NCBI RefSeq assembly: GCF_964355755.1
Contig: NC_092671.1
Coordinates: 37,024,304-37,088,303 of the forward strand
DNA length: 64,000 nucleotides
Source: Antedon mediterranea
Taxonomy: Eukaryota > Animalia > Echinodermata
Direction of reading: 5' to 3'
Made by a program: the position numbers and the translations under genes. How positions within the stretch are numbered: position 1 is the first letter of the stretch; each line of letters opens with the position of its first letter. Shown here piece by piece: positions 48,809 through 61,800 of the stretch. Below the pieces are notes generated by a model. That model ran no database searches, was not told the DNA's origin, and was given only the letters and a program-made list of their open reading frames with translations.

Positions 48809-51313
48809 TCATTCTTCTTCTTGAATGGAAGAGTGATACCACGAAGTTGAGTCGAAAATACAATCCACACTCCGACCCATCTGGTCTATAAGAAAAAACA
48901 AACAAAAAACCTCTAATATCCAACACAAATGTACTCTTTTAAAACTACGACCACATTATAATAATGTAATTGTTATAGGCCTAGGCCTAACAAGATATTT
49001 TTATAACGGAAATTAAATATCTTGAAATCTTGAAAAATATTGACCAGTTTACAAAAGTTATCACCACTTGGTTTGCGCATGTGTGCATTTAAAAAAAATG
49101 ATAGAAACCGAATTCAAAAAGTTTTTGTATTAAAACAATTCATCGGACAGGTTTTATACGGAAATATTTACATCCGGATCCTTGCGCACACATTTTATAA
49201 TCGTAAAAACTATATATTATAAGGCTACCTATAATGACGATGTAAAGTAAGTAAGTAAGTAAGTAAGTTTAAATTGTGCCAAAAAAATTGTTTATTACAT
49301 TTAACTATAGCTTACTCATGTTTATATACTGTTCTTGGTCACCTTCGTCGTAGATAGACGTAGTGTCGCCGATGGACGAGGCCGGTATCGGAGGCGTAAA
49401 TTTTTTGTTTCTATGTTAAAAAAACATGTTTACAGAGTTGTAATTGCGTTAATTTAGATTTACATAACCATGTAGATTATGTGCATTTTCATTTTTCTCA
49501 TTCTACAAAATGAATACATATTCTTACAATGTGGGTTAGTAAGACCAGGGTATGGATACCGAGTAAAGGGCCTTTCACACCTGCTCCGGCACGGTTCCGG
49601 TCCGGCGACGGCAAATCCAATCGAACGTCAATGTTTCGTTTTCACGCGGCTACGCGCATATCAATTGGTGCTTGGCCGCGTGGAGCGTCGTAAAAACGAA
49701 ACATTGGTGTTCGATTCGCCGGACCGGAACCGTGCCGGAACAGGTGTGAAAGGCCCTTAAGTGTGTTGTTCATGGCCAGGGCTACATTATTTTGGACAAT
49801 ACTTTATAGGTTTTGGTTTATAAGCTCTGTCTACACTATCAAACTTTATGTGACAACAATGTGATGTGCTTATTATGGACATGATGATATCATATCACTA
49901 CCATATTTGGGTATATCACTACCATATTTGGGCACATCACACTTTTTTTGACAGTGTAGCTTTAGTTCATACCTTCTTTTCTTCGTGGCTGCTCTGTATA
50001 CAATGACCAGAAGTAAGATAAAAACAATTGTTGATAATATAGCAATTCCCAATTGAAACCATAATGAGTGGTATACGGCTAAAAAATAAAATTATGAACT
50101 TTTATTTGCTATAGGCCTACCATCTAAGATTTTATTTTCTGTTGTTTGTGTTATAAACGCATTCCCTGATTTCATAAAAGCTCTGTCTACACTATCACTA
50201 TCACACTGCCCAAATATGGTAGTGATGAACATCATCATGTTCATATATATGGGCACATCACATGTTTTTGTCACATAAAGTTTGATAGTGTAGACAGGCT
50301 TAGTTCCTTTGTATCTTTATTCATGTATTTTTCGCGCCGCTCCTTTGGGCAGTTATTATAGGCATATTCAATAGAATGGAAGCATAATATGGCGATTCAT
50401 ACGTATAACTACTTGATTTCAAGACAAAAATCGAAACGTCCGACTGACATAAAAGACAACAAATACAGACTTAATTAGAGCAAGTATAACGCACACCCAA
50501 AACACGTTGGGAAGATCGAGATTCTAAATTAGAATTTAAAAACTCGGACTCCTGGGCAAGCGCTCTGGAATTTATCAAATAGAATATCAATAAAATAATT
50601 AATAATAAAGGAAAAGTTTTTTTGTAAGAAATATTTCGATCTTGTTTAGGCCTATACCTGATTTGCTGGAACATTCATCGGTGCAGTCACAGTCATCGCA
50701 GTCATCACAGGTTGCTCCGCTCCAGTTATCTCTGCAAACGCATTCTCCTGTGGTCCATTTACAAAACTCTGTACGGTTGTGATTGCATGTACAGTTATGT
50801 TCGCATTTGGTCCCAAATGTCCAATCAGCACATCTGCTATCACAGTGTTTACCCATCCAACCTGCACTACAACTGCAAGCACCATTGATTTTGTCATAAG
50901 ATTCAATATTGTCTTGATTACATTCGTGAACATCTCTACACCGTGGGCCATAAAATGGGACTGGACAGCGACTTTCACAGAGGCAACCGTACCATCCTGG
51001 TTCACACAAACATCGTTTGGAATCAGAGCAGTTTTTAGCATTATCGGGTTTAATATTAGATGGAATTGGTTCACATCGGTTTTCACATTGCGGACCAAAA
51101 TATCCTGGCTTGCAGACACAAACACTGGCTTCACAGACCTTTGCATTTCGGGGTTGAGTGGATATAGGCCTAGTTGTGGAGTTGACCGATGGAAAGGTCA
51201 ACAAGACCGTTATTAGACCTAAAATCTGTCTCAAAAAGAATGTTATAACGATAGAAAGCAATAATGACGACTAATAGTACAGTAATACAAAATATTAATT
51301 TGGCACGCAGCAT
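48809..51313 (-). CDS. Small MEGF10/11- or SCARF-like EGF-repeat type I membrane receptor
   Basis: Proposed exons 51313-51289 (uncertain), 51218-50658 (about four C-x-C-x-x-G-W/Y-x-G-x-x-C EGF/laminin-like repeats), 50078-49973 (TM WFQLGIAILSTIVFILLLVIVY plus KKR), 49410-49316 (SIYDE, QYINM) and 48885-48809. Phases are compatible. Confidence 0.75.
49567..49758. mobile_element. Harbinger-type MITE (AGGGCCTTTCACACCTG termini); related copy near 27392-27545
   Basis: Terminal inverted repeat flanked by TAA on both sides. Confidence 0.75.
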
Positions 51314-52861
51314 GTTTGCCCTCTGTGATGTAGTTCGGCTCGTGGAGTCGAGTCCTATATGCCGAGAATTGCAAGTGTTCTCAGTATCCAGTACAGAGCA
51401 GAGAGAGGACAAACATCTGATCAATTAGCCTAACTTGCTCCTCTTGACGCAAAGGGTCAAGATTACACTATATTACATTATTGTGTAAAGTTTTGAACAA
51501 TCAGATTAATGATGATAGAATTGCCCAATGGTATTTATTAATGTTCTCTGACGAATTGCAATTAATAATTGAATGTTTGAATGTTCAGCATTTCTCTCAC
51601 AATAATATGCTTAGTGAACAAGGCATTAGTTTCATTTAGGCCTATATTATTAAGCATTATAGTAGGTTTTTATTTGAGCAGAAAATCTGTGTTCTGGTTG
51701 CTTGAATTAAGCACAAAGAAACTATTTTCTTACCGTATATTTTGTATCCATTTTGTAGTAGCCTATTGTTTTATTTCAAAGGCACAAGCCAATTTAATTT
51801 GAAGCACGACATAAGAGATGTATGATGTGTTTGATCATGCGGAATCGGGTGCGGAATAAAATCTAATTGTTTAATTCATCAACATCACCACAACTGAGTA
51901 TGATAATAACAGTTTTGATATTACTCTTTTACTTGTTTCAGTTTTGTATTCCAAGTGGCGGCGTCGTTTTCAGTCAGTCAGGCTGTCTATCATCACTCAT
52001 CAACCACCAAATAATATATAAGAAGAAAAAATAATTTTAATACTTTTTTAAGAATTTTATGAAAATGTTATGATACCCGTTTCTAAGCTGTTCTATCGGA
52101 GTATGAGATACAAGTTTAGATGTATATAACTATATGATACGGACTGTATCTCCATGACTCTCGGTTGTCAGTTAAGATATATCTAATGACAGCTGCAGAT
52201 TCATAACTTTTTTCAGGTAAAATATTTTTTTTTCGATCCAATTTTTGGTCGAAGTGAATAATTGTTACAGAATTTTCGATCCATTTTTTGGTCGAAGTGA
52301 ATAATTGTTACAGAACATAAACAGTGAAAAAATGTTTTAAAATTCTTATTTTTGAATTCTTATCAATAGAAGAATAACAAATATTGATTGTTGATTGAAA
52401 AATATGAACGTAATTTTCCCGCGATATAATTATCGACACCCAACACTGTGTACGCATGCGCACAAAAAAACTGTTCAATGGAAAATTACGAAAAAAATAC
52501 GAGACTTCCACACACACGTCAGCTGCTTGTTGTTTGTGGGCGGCTCACAGTACACACACACACGTACACAGAGAAGACAGAGGCAAGAGATGGGTTTGTT
52601 ATTGTTATCAACGAACTGAGTACAGAAATGTGTTAAACTTGATCTAAGTTTATTATTCAATACTTTTAATTTGTTTTCATCGTCTTCATTTTTCAACGTT
52701 CACAAACGTCTAGCAGCCTAGTTAAGCCCGATTGTCACACACCCTCCTGCTTCTTGGAAATTGTTGCACAGCAGGACTGAACTCCTTTGCTACACGCCAA
52801 TTCTCTTCTCCGTCAAGGAAGGCTTTCATATATAGGCCTAGCTCAACTTTGACTATAAACA

Positions 52862-55800
52862 ATGAAGCTTACACTATTATTACTGAACTCTTTAAAAGGG
52901 TTACCAGCACGTATGGATCATTATTCCAGATTTTCACCATCACCTTTATCTATAAAGCAGTTTTTAGAATTTGGTGAGTACACAGAGAGAGAGAGTAAAC
53001 TAGCCTAGGGAGGGGCCTAGATAGGGTAGGCCAGGCCCAAGGGGAAGGCCTATACTATAATAATATAAAAACATTCAATTCAAGTTAGGTTCAACTTGTA
53101 TTTTTTTAATTAAAACAAAAAAATGTCTACTGTATATAGCCTAGGCCTACTAGGGCCTATTATAGTATTCATTTACCTATATTGTGATAAATTGTTATAT
53201 TTTCTACACTTTTTGTATAATATAGGCCTAGCCTAAACTAAATATTGATTATGATATGATATAAACTTGTAATTTTGCAAGGTACAAAAGAAATTTGGTT
53301 GGTTGATTTACATGCAATTTGACAATGAATTTTTTTTAAACATTGTAACCAGTGAGTGATTCTATAGGGATCTTACAAAATTGCTATTAAATACATGAAT
53401 TGAATTATAAACAAATGATTGTCGTCAGCAACGTTTAGTGTTTTGATTCAGAGTGATCAGTCTACCAGTTTGGTTTTTTAGAGGATGATCAGGGTCCTGA
53501 CAAATTGTAGAGTTTTTAGAATATCCCTTTCATGAAGCAAAATAAAAGGTTCAAGGCTAGGCCTATATGTCGAAGAGTTTACTAGCCCACTGACGGTTTG
53601 TCTTTTCCCCTTTTGTGTAAGATTCGAGAACCAGACAATAGAGATGAATTAAAGAACACTTCTACAGTAATAACACTATTTAAATATTACGTTTAAATTT
53701 TTTTTATTATTATTTAAATTTGCCATCAATATACTAATAATGTGTCACTCTGACCATCAGGTCAACAACCCTGTATCACTATTTCTCCATACATTACTCC
53801 ATCTATTTACATTCCTAGTGGTTTCTTTCTGTCCCTAGTTACTCTTTATTCACTTTCCTATAACCCACATCCTTAATCAATTACTGTTTCTACATCATCA
53901 AGGAATGTTACTAGCTGGAGTAGGGAGAAATAGTGATACAGGGTTGTTGACCTGATGGCCAGAGTGTTACCTTAATATTAAATAATATATTATTAATTAT
54001 GCCTAGGCCTAGTCAAACTTGATGTATACTATAATTGATAATAAAAACATAAATTAAATAAATGTATCTTCATTGTACTGTCGTAAATTATATTTTTGAA
54101 AAATCAACAATATTTTAATATGGTAAATCTTAGATTATTACTGTAGATGGCAATGGGTCTAATATAATTTCCTCACATCTTTAACATCTGTTAATATCAT
54201 TACTGGGTCATAATGCTATTGTTGCATCATTTTTTAGACACTGGCTGAACTCATATTTCTTCATTTATTATAAATATTTATTTTTGTTCAAAGTTCAAAA
54301 TATTAAACAAAAGCCTTGTTTGCTACATGTTTTTCTTATGCTTTTAAAATCATGAATTAAAATTGGAATATAAAATTGGATTATACCATTGTATTTTTTT
54401 TGTTTGAATAAAAATAGTAAAGAAGGGTTTTGTATCTGATACTTAATATTTAATAAGTATTATAATACAATAAGTTTAAATATTGATGCCGTTTTTAAAT
54501 TGCATGGTGATTATGACTTGCATATCATAGCTTGGTATAATATTTAATAATACAATGATATTGATATCCTGTTTGTGATGCAAATTACCTTTCACCAAGC
54601 CTCGTACACACCCACATAACTAGCCACTTAGAATGCTGCTTCACACTGACTACTATATACTGCTTTGTAATGACGTTTGTCATTCATGATTTATTCCACT
54701 GAAGCATAGTGGTTGATGACGTCAAGAAAATTTGTTTACATACATCAATAATTAATTTTCAATATGTACCGTATACTAAATACTATACTACTACAGTTAG
54801 AAAATCTGTAGTTAGTAGACTAAACAACCAAAAGATGCACTGATTATATTTAAATAATAATAATAGTATAAAAATGAGAGGCAAGCCATGATTCAAAACT
54901 AAACAGCTAAATGTATAAATTAGATCCAAAAGGAGATTATTTAATATTGGTAATATTAATTAAATAAATTTTGGTCACTACTGTAGATAATTATGAAGGC
55001 ATACAAACATTTATTTGTCCAAAATATATGATAATTTTTATGTTTACAACAGCTTAAATACTGTAACTTAAAATATATGTCATTATATTATTCAGTCTTA
55101 ACCATGTCATGTACAGTAAGCAAAATATGTACTTTAAATGAGTAAAGATGCTTGTTGGATGTTGAACATTTGAATGTATAGCCTTTTTTTAAAACTGTTA
55201 CAAATTTACTAGATATATTACAGGCTACTAACCTATACTTCAGTGATAAAACTTAGTATTGACTATATCAATCATTATAAGAAAAATCTATGATCAATTT
55301 TTTTCTCTGGTGTTCGATAAATCATCATTTAAAAATAATTTTAAATGTCATGCTTATTTTCATTTAGTTTAGTAATCATATTTAAAAGGAAATTACGATA
55401 CTTTAAATGAATTGCAATTTCGAGTTATTATTTGCCACTAAAACCCGGATTTGTAACCACAAATCTACACTAATTGTTTAAATAGTTAATTTGAATGTTG
55501 ACCTTTGTAAAATTAATTTTTTTCAAATTTAAAGGTGAAATTTTGTACAATGTCATAACCTTTTGAATGGTTTAAAATGGTTTTAAATTTATATAGCGCA
55601 AAATACAAATAGTCTCTATGCGCTGTTTAGCACGAGTGTAAAAATGAAAAAATGTTGATGTAAAATAAACCACGAAATAGCCTAAAAACCGAATAAATTG
55701 ACCAAGAGACAACAGAAAAAGTCCGAAAGTACTGATGACAGTATAAGTGGGTTACCAATTTACTAAAAAAACAAAAAATATTCAATAATGTATGCCCAGT

Positions 55801-58800
55801 ACTGTTAGAACCTCTGTTGAGGGGACACCCCCAGGACCAAAATAAAAGGTGTAACCCTGAATATGGGTTGGCCAATAAAAGTGTTGAAACCTATATTGTT
55901 TGTTTGTCTTAATATAAGTATAAAACTTGAGGATACTCCTCCTAATCAAATTATTATTAAGGAGGAGTTCTTGTTTATTAGTAATAGATATTAAATAATA
56001 AATATTGATACTAGTTTTAACGTAATAAATTTGCCGATTTCACAGGTATGAAGAGTGCAAATGAGAAGAAATCATTTGAGTTTTTAAGACAAGAACTTCC
56101 AATCAGAATTTGCAATATGATGAAGGAGATGAATCTTCTACCAGAAAAACTGTTAAAAATGCCTTCAGTTAAATTAGTCAATAGCTGGTAAGTGTACAGT
56201 ATATTTCAAAATGCCTTCAGTTAAATTAGCTGGTAAGTGTACAGTATATTTAAGTGTCTTTAAACAGCTTGTCATCCAATCAGGATGTCTCTTCAATGGG
56301 CCCGTTCGGACGGGACTGCCGTGTACTTCCAACTGTGAGGTCGCGTGTGGCAATTAACTTACGCCTCTGGCTATAAAAAATTAGAAAACCATCTGGACGA
56401 AAAATCCACCAACTTTACTGGTTATTTCAATCCCATTCCAATTACACGCTGCCTCGGGGTATAATTAATCAAGCGTTAACGGGGTCATGTCAAATCGCGA
56501 CCTCAAATAAGCTTTATGATTGTTTAGCAATTATTGTTTAAAATGTTCTTTTTCGTTAATGCGAATGTATATCTATTGTTTTGTAATAAATAATCAACTC
56601 GTTGGTTTTTTTTCCGGTGACCTGAACTTGCGAATCGGTGGCTTATAATGTACATGTAACGGCAGGGAGTTCTGTATTGTGGTAGCCTGGTGTCTGTGAA
56701 TTACCACATCAACCGTTCGGCTCGCACGATAAGAGGGGTACAGTGCGTGTTAAATGGAATTTTTACAACAATAGTTCGGCTCGCACGATAAATACACGTG
56801 GCGATTTTTACAAGAGGGGTACAGTGCGTGTACATTAAATGGAATTTCCACAACAATAGTTCGGCTCGCACGATAAATACACGTGGTGATTTTTACAAGA
56901 GGGGTACAGTGCGTGTACATTAAATGGAATTTCCACAACAATAGTTCGGCTCGCACGATAAATACACGTGGTCAACAAACAACATACGTTAGCAGGATTT
57001 TCGATCATTATTTATTTAAAAAGTAAATTGTATTCGATGTATTATAAATATATAGGTCTGGTTGTCGATTGAAAAATAATAATTGAACGATTCGCGCGCG
57101 AAACGACATGCAATATCCAGTTGAATTTGTCAACACGCCATGTCAATTGATATGGGTCGACGCACAGAGGGCGCTTTTTGACCTAAGAATTCCGATCTTA
57201 ATTGGTTTCGTGTCAGCTTACCGGTACTTTGTTTATTCGTACGAACGTTGTATGGGTTTTACCCCAAGGGTAAAAACCAAATAAACGTGTATTTCAATCG
57301 CCGTACGAACACGGTCAATGACACTGAAGTAAGTAATTTAAGTCGTTAAGGGAAAGTGTTTCTCTACATGAACTATTATCATTTCCTTTATCGGATTATA
57401 AAAAGATTTCCAGTTTTATGTTATTTATGGCACAAAATTAGATTACCGTAAATTCATTGATAATTAGTATAAACAGTGAATAACTTTGCCAGTGTAGCAG
57501 AACAAAAGGCTACAGTATACATAACAACCTTATTGCTACACATTTCTAAAATTGTGTAGCAAAAAATACAATACCAAACTATGTTGGACTCAAAAATTAG
57601 TTTGATTAGCAAACAAAATTTAAAAATGAAATTTTTCCATGATAAACCATTTGATTTAACATTACATTATCATAAATAAAAGACAATACAGTATTTTGTA
57701 AACAATATGCAATAGTTAGTTAATATATTTGTAATGAATTTTTATTTAGGTATTTACAAACACTGCAAGACCTCCTTGAATTTGAAGATTCTGTGAATGA
57801 TTCACCAACAAGAGAAAGGTACAGTATCTCACTTTAAAAAAAATGTAATCATATTTTGTTATATTTTTTATATATTATGTTATATGACATAAACAAGCAA
57901 CACAAATTTAGAGCCAGAGTGCTTAAAGAAATAAAATAATTGAATTGAATACGTGAATAATGTGTTGTATGAGTTGTTCATTTCAATCACTTTAACAATT
58001 GTGACTTTTGTGTTTACTAAACACACCATATTAACTCTATAATTATTAAATATTTTTATTAAATATTTTTTTCAGATTTACAGAAAGTTTGACAACAATA
58101 CGCAACAGACATGCAAATGTAGTTGAGACAATAGCACAGGTATTTATACAATTTATCTATATTTCATTTGGTTAAGGGACAGAGTAAAGGTTACTCTCAA
58201 TATTATTGTAAAGTTATAGAAAGGTCAACCAACTATTCTGAAATCATATGTAATGTTTTACCAAATTAAATTTCATAACATTTGTTATGAAGTTGACATT
58301 GAAGAAGTTAAAATTCATAGACAATAAACAATCAGGTGTATGCAGCTTAATTTTTTCTTTTACTTTTTTCCCGTTATTTATTCATTTTTACTACATTTGA
58401 AATATTTATTATATACTTTTTAAATTCTTTTTAGCCTCTGGGCATATTTAAGTTTCTCCAGTATAATTGCATTGTACTTTAAAAAAAACTGTCATGTTAT
58501 TATGAAATTATGAAAATAAAATTGAATTGAATTGAGTAATAACAAAAAAAGAAAGAAACAGAATTGTTTTTGGCGATAAACGTTCACATTTTAAGTCCCA
58601 TTATCAAAAGGGCGTTGAATAGTGGTAATCAGTCATGTGAAAAATCCTGATACTAAATATAAGCAGAATTTCAATTGGTTAATGCTCAACTACTAGAGAA
58701 TCTGAAGTTCTGAGAGTCTTACATTCTTTAGTATTTGGTTGTCCATTTTATATTCATATTCATATTCATTTATTATCCAGAAAAAATAATACAAAAACAA

Positions 58801-61800
58801 TACAAAAAGCATATATAACATAGAACAACAACAAGCAGAGAAAAAGCGCAGAACATTATCCTGGCGGATTGTCAAAAAGCAAAAAATATCGCTATAAAAG
58901 ACTCTTCCTTTTTATGTCTTGCTTGTGTGATGTACTCAAATATGGTAGTGATATGCCCAAATATGGTAGCGATATGCCTAATATGGTATTGATATGACAT
59001 CACTATGTCCATATATGGGCACATCACATTTTTTTGTCTCATAAAGTTTGATAGAGTAGACAGAGCTTAACATTGTAAACCTATAACAATGTATTATTGT
59101 AGTACTCAGTATACTATGCTCCTGATTTCAAATCAAAAGTAGTAAAGAAGCAAAAAAACTATAACAATGCATTGTACTATCAATATCTTGCTGTTTAGAA
59201 TTCCTTTCATTTTATTGAACATAAAAAAGTTTAGATGCTATCAATTTTTTCATGGAAATCAAAGAATGTAAAGATACCTCTATCTGAAATAGAAGTAAAA
59301 TCCTATAACATTAACAATGCATTGTACTATCAATATCTTGCTGTTTGCAATTCCTTTTCAGTTTATTGAACTTCAACAAAGTTTAGATGTTATAAATGTT
59401 TGCATGCAAATCACATGTAAATATACTTATCTACAACAGAAGTACAATGCACTCTCAATGACAGTAGAATGTCATAGGTCTTGTTCACATAATTAACAAT
59501 AGATTTAAAGTATTTCACGTCTGTTACTGGGCGTGGTAACATTTGAACAAGTCTGCATTAGATGTGCTTTTAAATAATTCTTTCTTCTGCAACATTGGTG
59601 TATTTCATTTAGTAATTTTACATACATGAAATGAGTTTGGTAGTCGAGTGGTTTGGACACTTGACTGTCGTACAGGTTCAGTTCCCGACAACTCCCAGTC
59701 CACTCAGCTGTAAATGAGTTGAAAATACTAGGGAAGATAAGGCAGCGTTGAAAGGAACAATGCCGAGGCTTAGTACAATGAGCTCCTAACAGCTACCCTA
59801 TGTTCAGAATGAACTAGAGACTCACCTTTACCTTTTTTTGACTGTATACAAATAAAAAATGTATTGACCTTATTACTTCTTACTATTCTACTTGTATTAA
59901 TGATTTAGGGAGTGCTAGAAATGAGGGAAGGCAAGTGGAATGTGGACACACATGAAGAATGTAATATACAGTACTTCTTAGATCGATTCCTGATGAGCAG
60001 AATTAGCATTAGAATGTTAATTAACCAACACAGTAAGTCAACCTGTAAATCAAGTTAAAGATGTGTTGTCACCCAAAAACAGTTTCAACTAGAGGGTACT
60101 CCGAGAGTACAAACCTCCGCCTACTGTCAAATTCCCCTACATAAAATTCCCCCCGAAAATGTTTTTTTTTACATTTTTTTTATTAGTTCTAAAGTGTAAA
60201 TAGGCTAACTGCACACTACAAAGTTGTGGATGAGAGTTTGGTGTAATGGTTATGTATCCAGCCTCTCACAGTTAAGGTCCCTGGTTCAAGTCCCGCTGAG
60301 AATTTTTTAAAATTTTTTTATTTATTTTTTTTTTTTGTGGACCTTGATCTTTAACCCTGACCCTTCAAAATGTAACCAAAATTATATGATGAGTCATTGA
60401 TCATTGTGGCTAAGTTTGGTGAGAATCGGATCAAAACTGTGGTCTCTAGGCAGTAATATAGTTTTTTGTTAGTTGTGACCTTGACCTATGACCTTTCCCC
60501 CTCAAATTCGAACTCGTCCGAGCTTTTTGGGCATAGATCATTGTGTCCAAATTTGGTTAGAATCGGATAAAAACTGTGGCCTCCAGGCTGTTCACAAACA
60601 CACACACAAACACACACACAAACATACAGGGGTGAAAACATAACCTCCTTGGCGGAGGTAATGAAGATTAATAAAAGAAAAGGAATAGGCCATTTTGCAG
60701 TTTAATTAATTTTAATTTAATTATTTCCATTCCATAGAAGAAAAAAAATATTAACAATGTAAACAAAATAAACAGAAATATTATACTCCCAAAAGATGAA
60801 AAATGAATATTAATAAAATCAGACATTAAATAGGCCATTTTGCCGTTTTCATTAAATGTTAATCACTTCCATAAAACAAAAATTATGTTTTCACTTTTAT
60901 AAAAAGACAAAAAAAAACAGTTAAATTCCATCAAAAACCTTCCAGTCAATTTGGCTATTTGTTACAATAAAATACATATTTTTTTGATAAACTATTTTTT
61001 TTTCCAGTCCAATAATTTTGGTCAAAGTGAATAACTATTATGTGACATTAAAATGGCATATTAAAAAAAAATTAAAAAAATTTTTTTTTTCAGGGGGACA
61101 ATACATCTTTATATATATTTATAAAGAAATAATAATTTTGTGAGAGAGACCATGCATTGCATATTATTTTCCCATATTTTTTTATTGCCAATTTATTTTT
61201 TATTGTGTTTAATTGATTATTAATAAAGTAAATTGATTTAAATATAGCTTTAGTGTTTGGGTCAGAAACCAACGGTCACTCATCCAGGCATATTGGCAGC
61301 ATTGATCCTAACTGTGATGTTGTGTCGGTCACTCAAGGTAAGTGACAACAACAATAAACCACAATATTAAAATCTATACCTGCTTATAAACAAGCTTTCT
61401 ACTTAATAAGGTCAATTCAAAATATACACTTTCTTTTCAATTGTGATTCAAAAGTGATTTACATATATCAGGGCCCCTGGTTATGAAAGCAATAATTAAT
61501 ATATTTTTTTTTGTCATTAAATCTTTCAGTAAATTATAAAATTTTGTATGGTAATGGTAGCCTGTTCAGACTTAACAATTTACACATATAATGCTCGCTT
61601 ATGGCATATGGATAAACCAGCTGTTTCAAAAACCCATGAGGTTGAGGTGGATTTTTTAATTACACCTTAAACAGCAAGCCGATTAACCATAAGATTACAT
61701 GCGTAAATTGTTTGTAGTCTGAACTGGTTGTCTGGTTTTCCCAAAGGTTACACGTTACTGAATTTAAAGTCTGAACACAGCTTATTTACTACATTTAATA

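Noticed and set aside
60232-60300. Functional tRNA gene
   Set aside because: Acceptor and anticodon stems do not pair properly, and it lies inside a repeat element.
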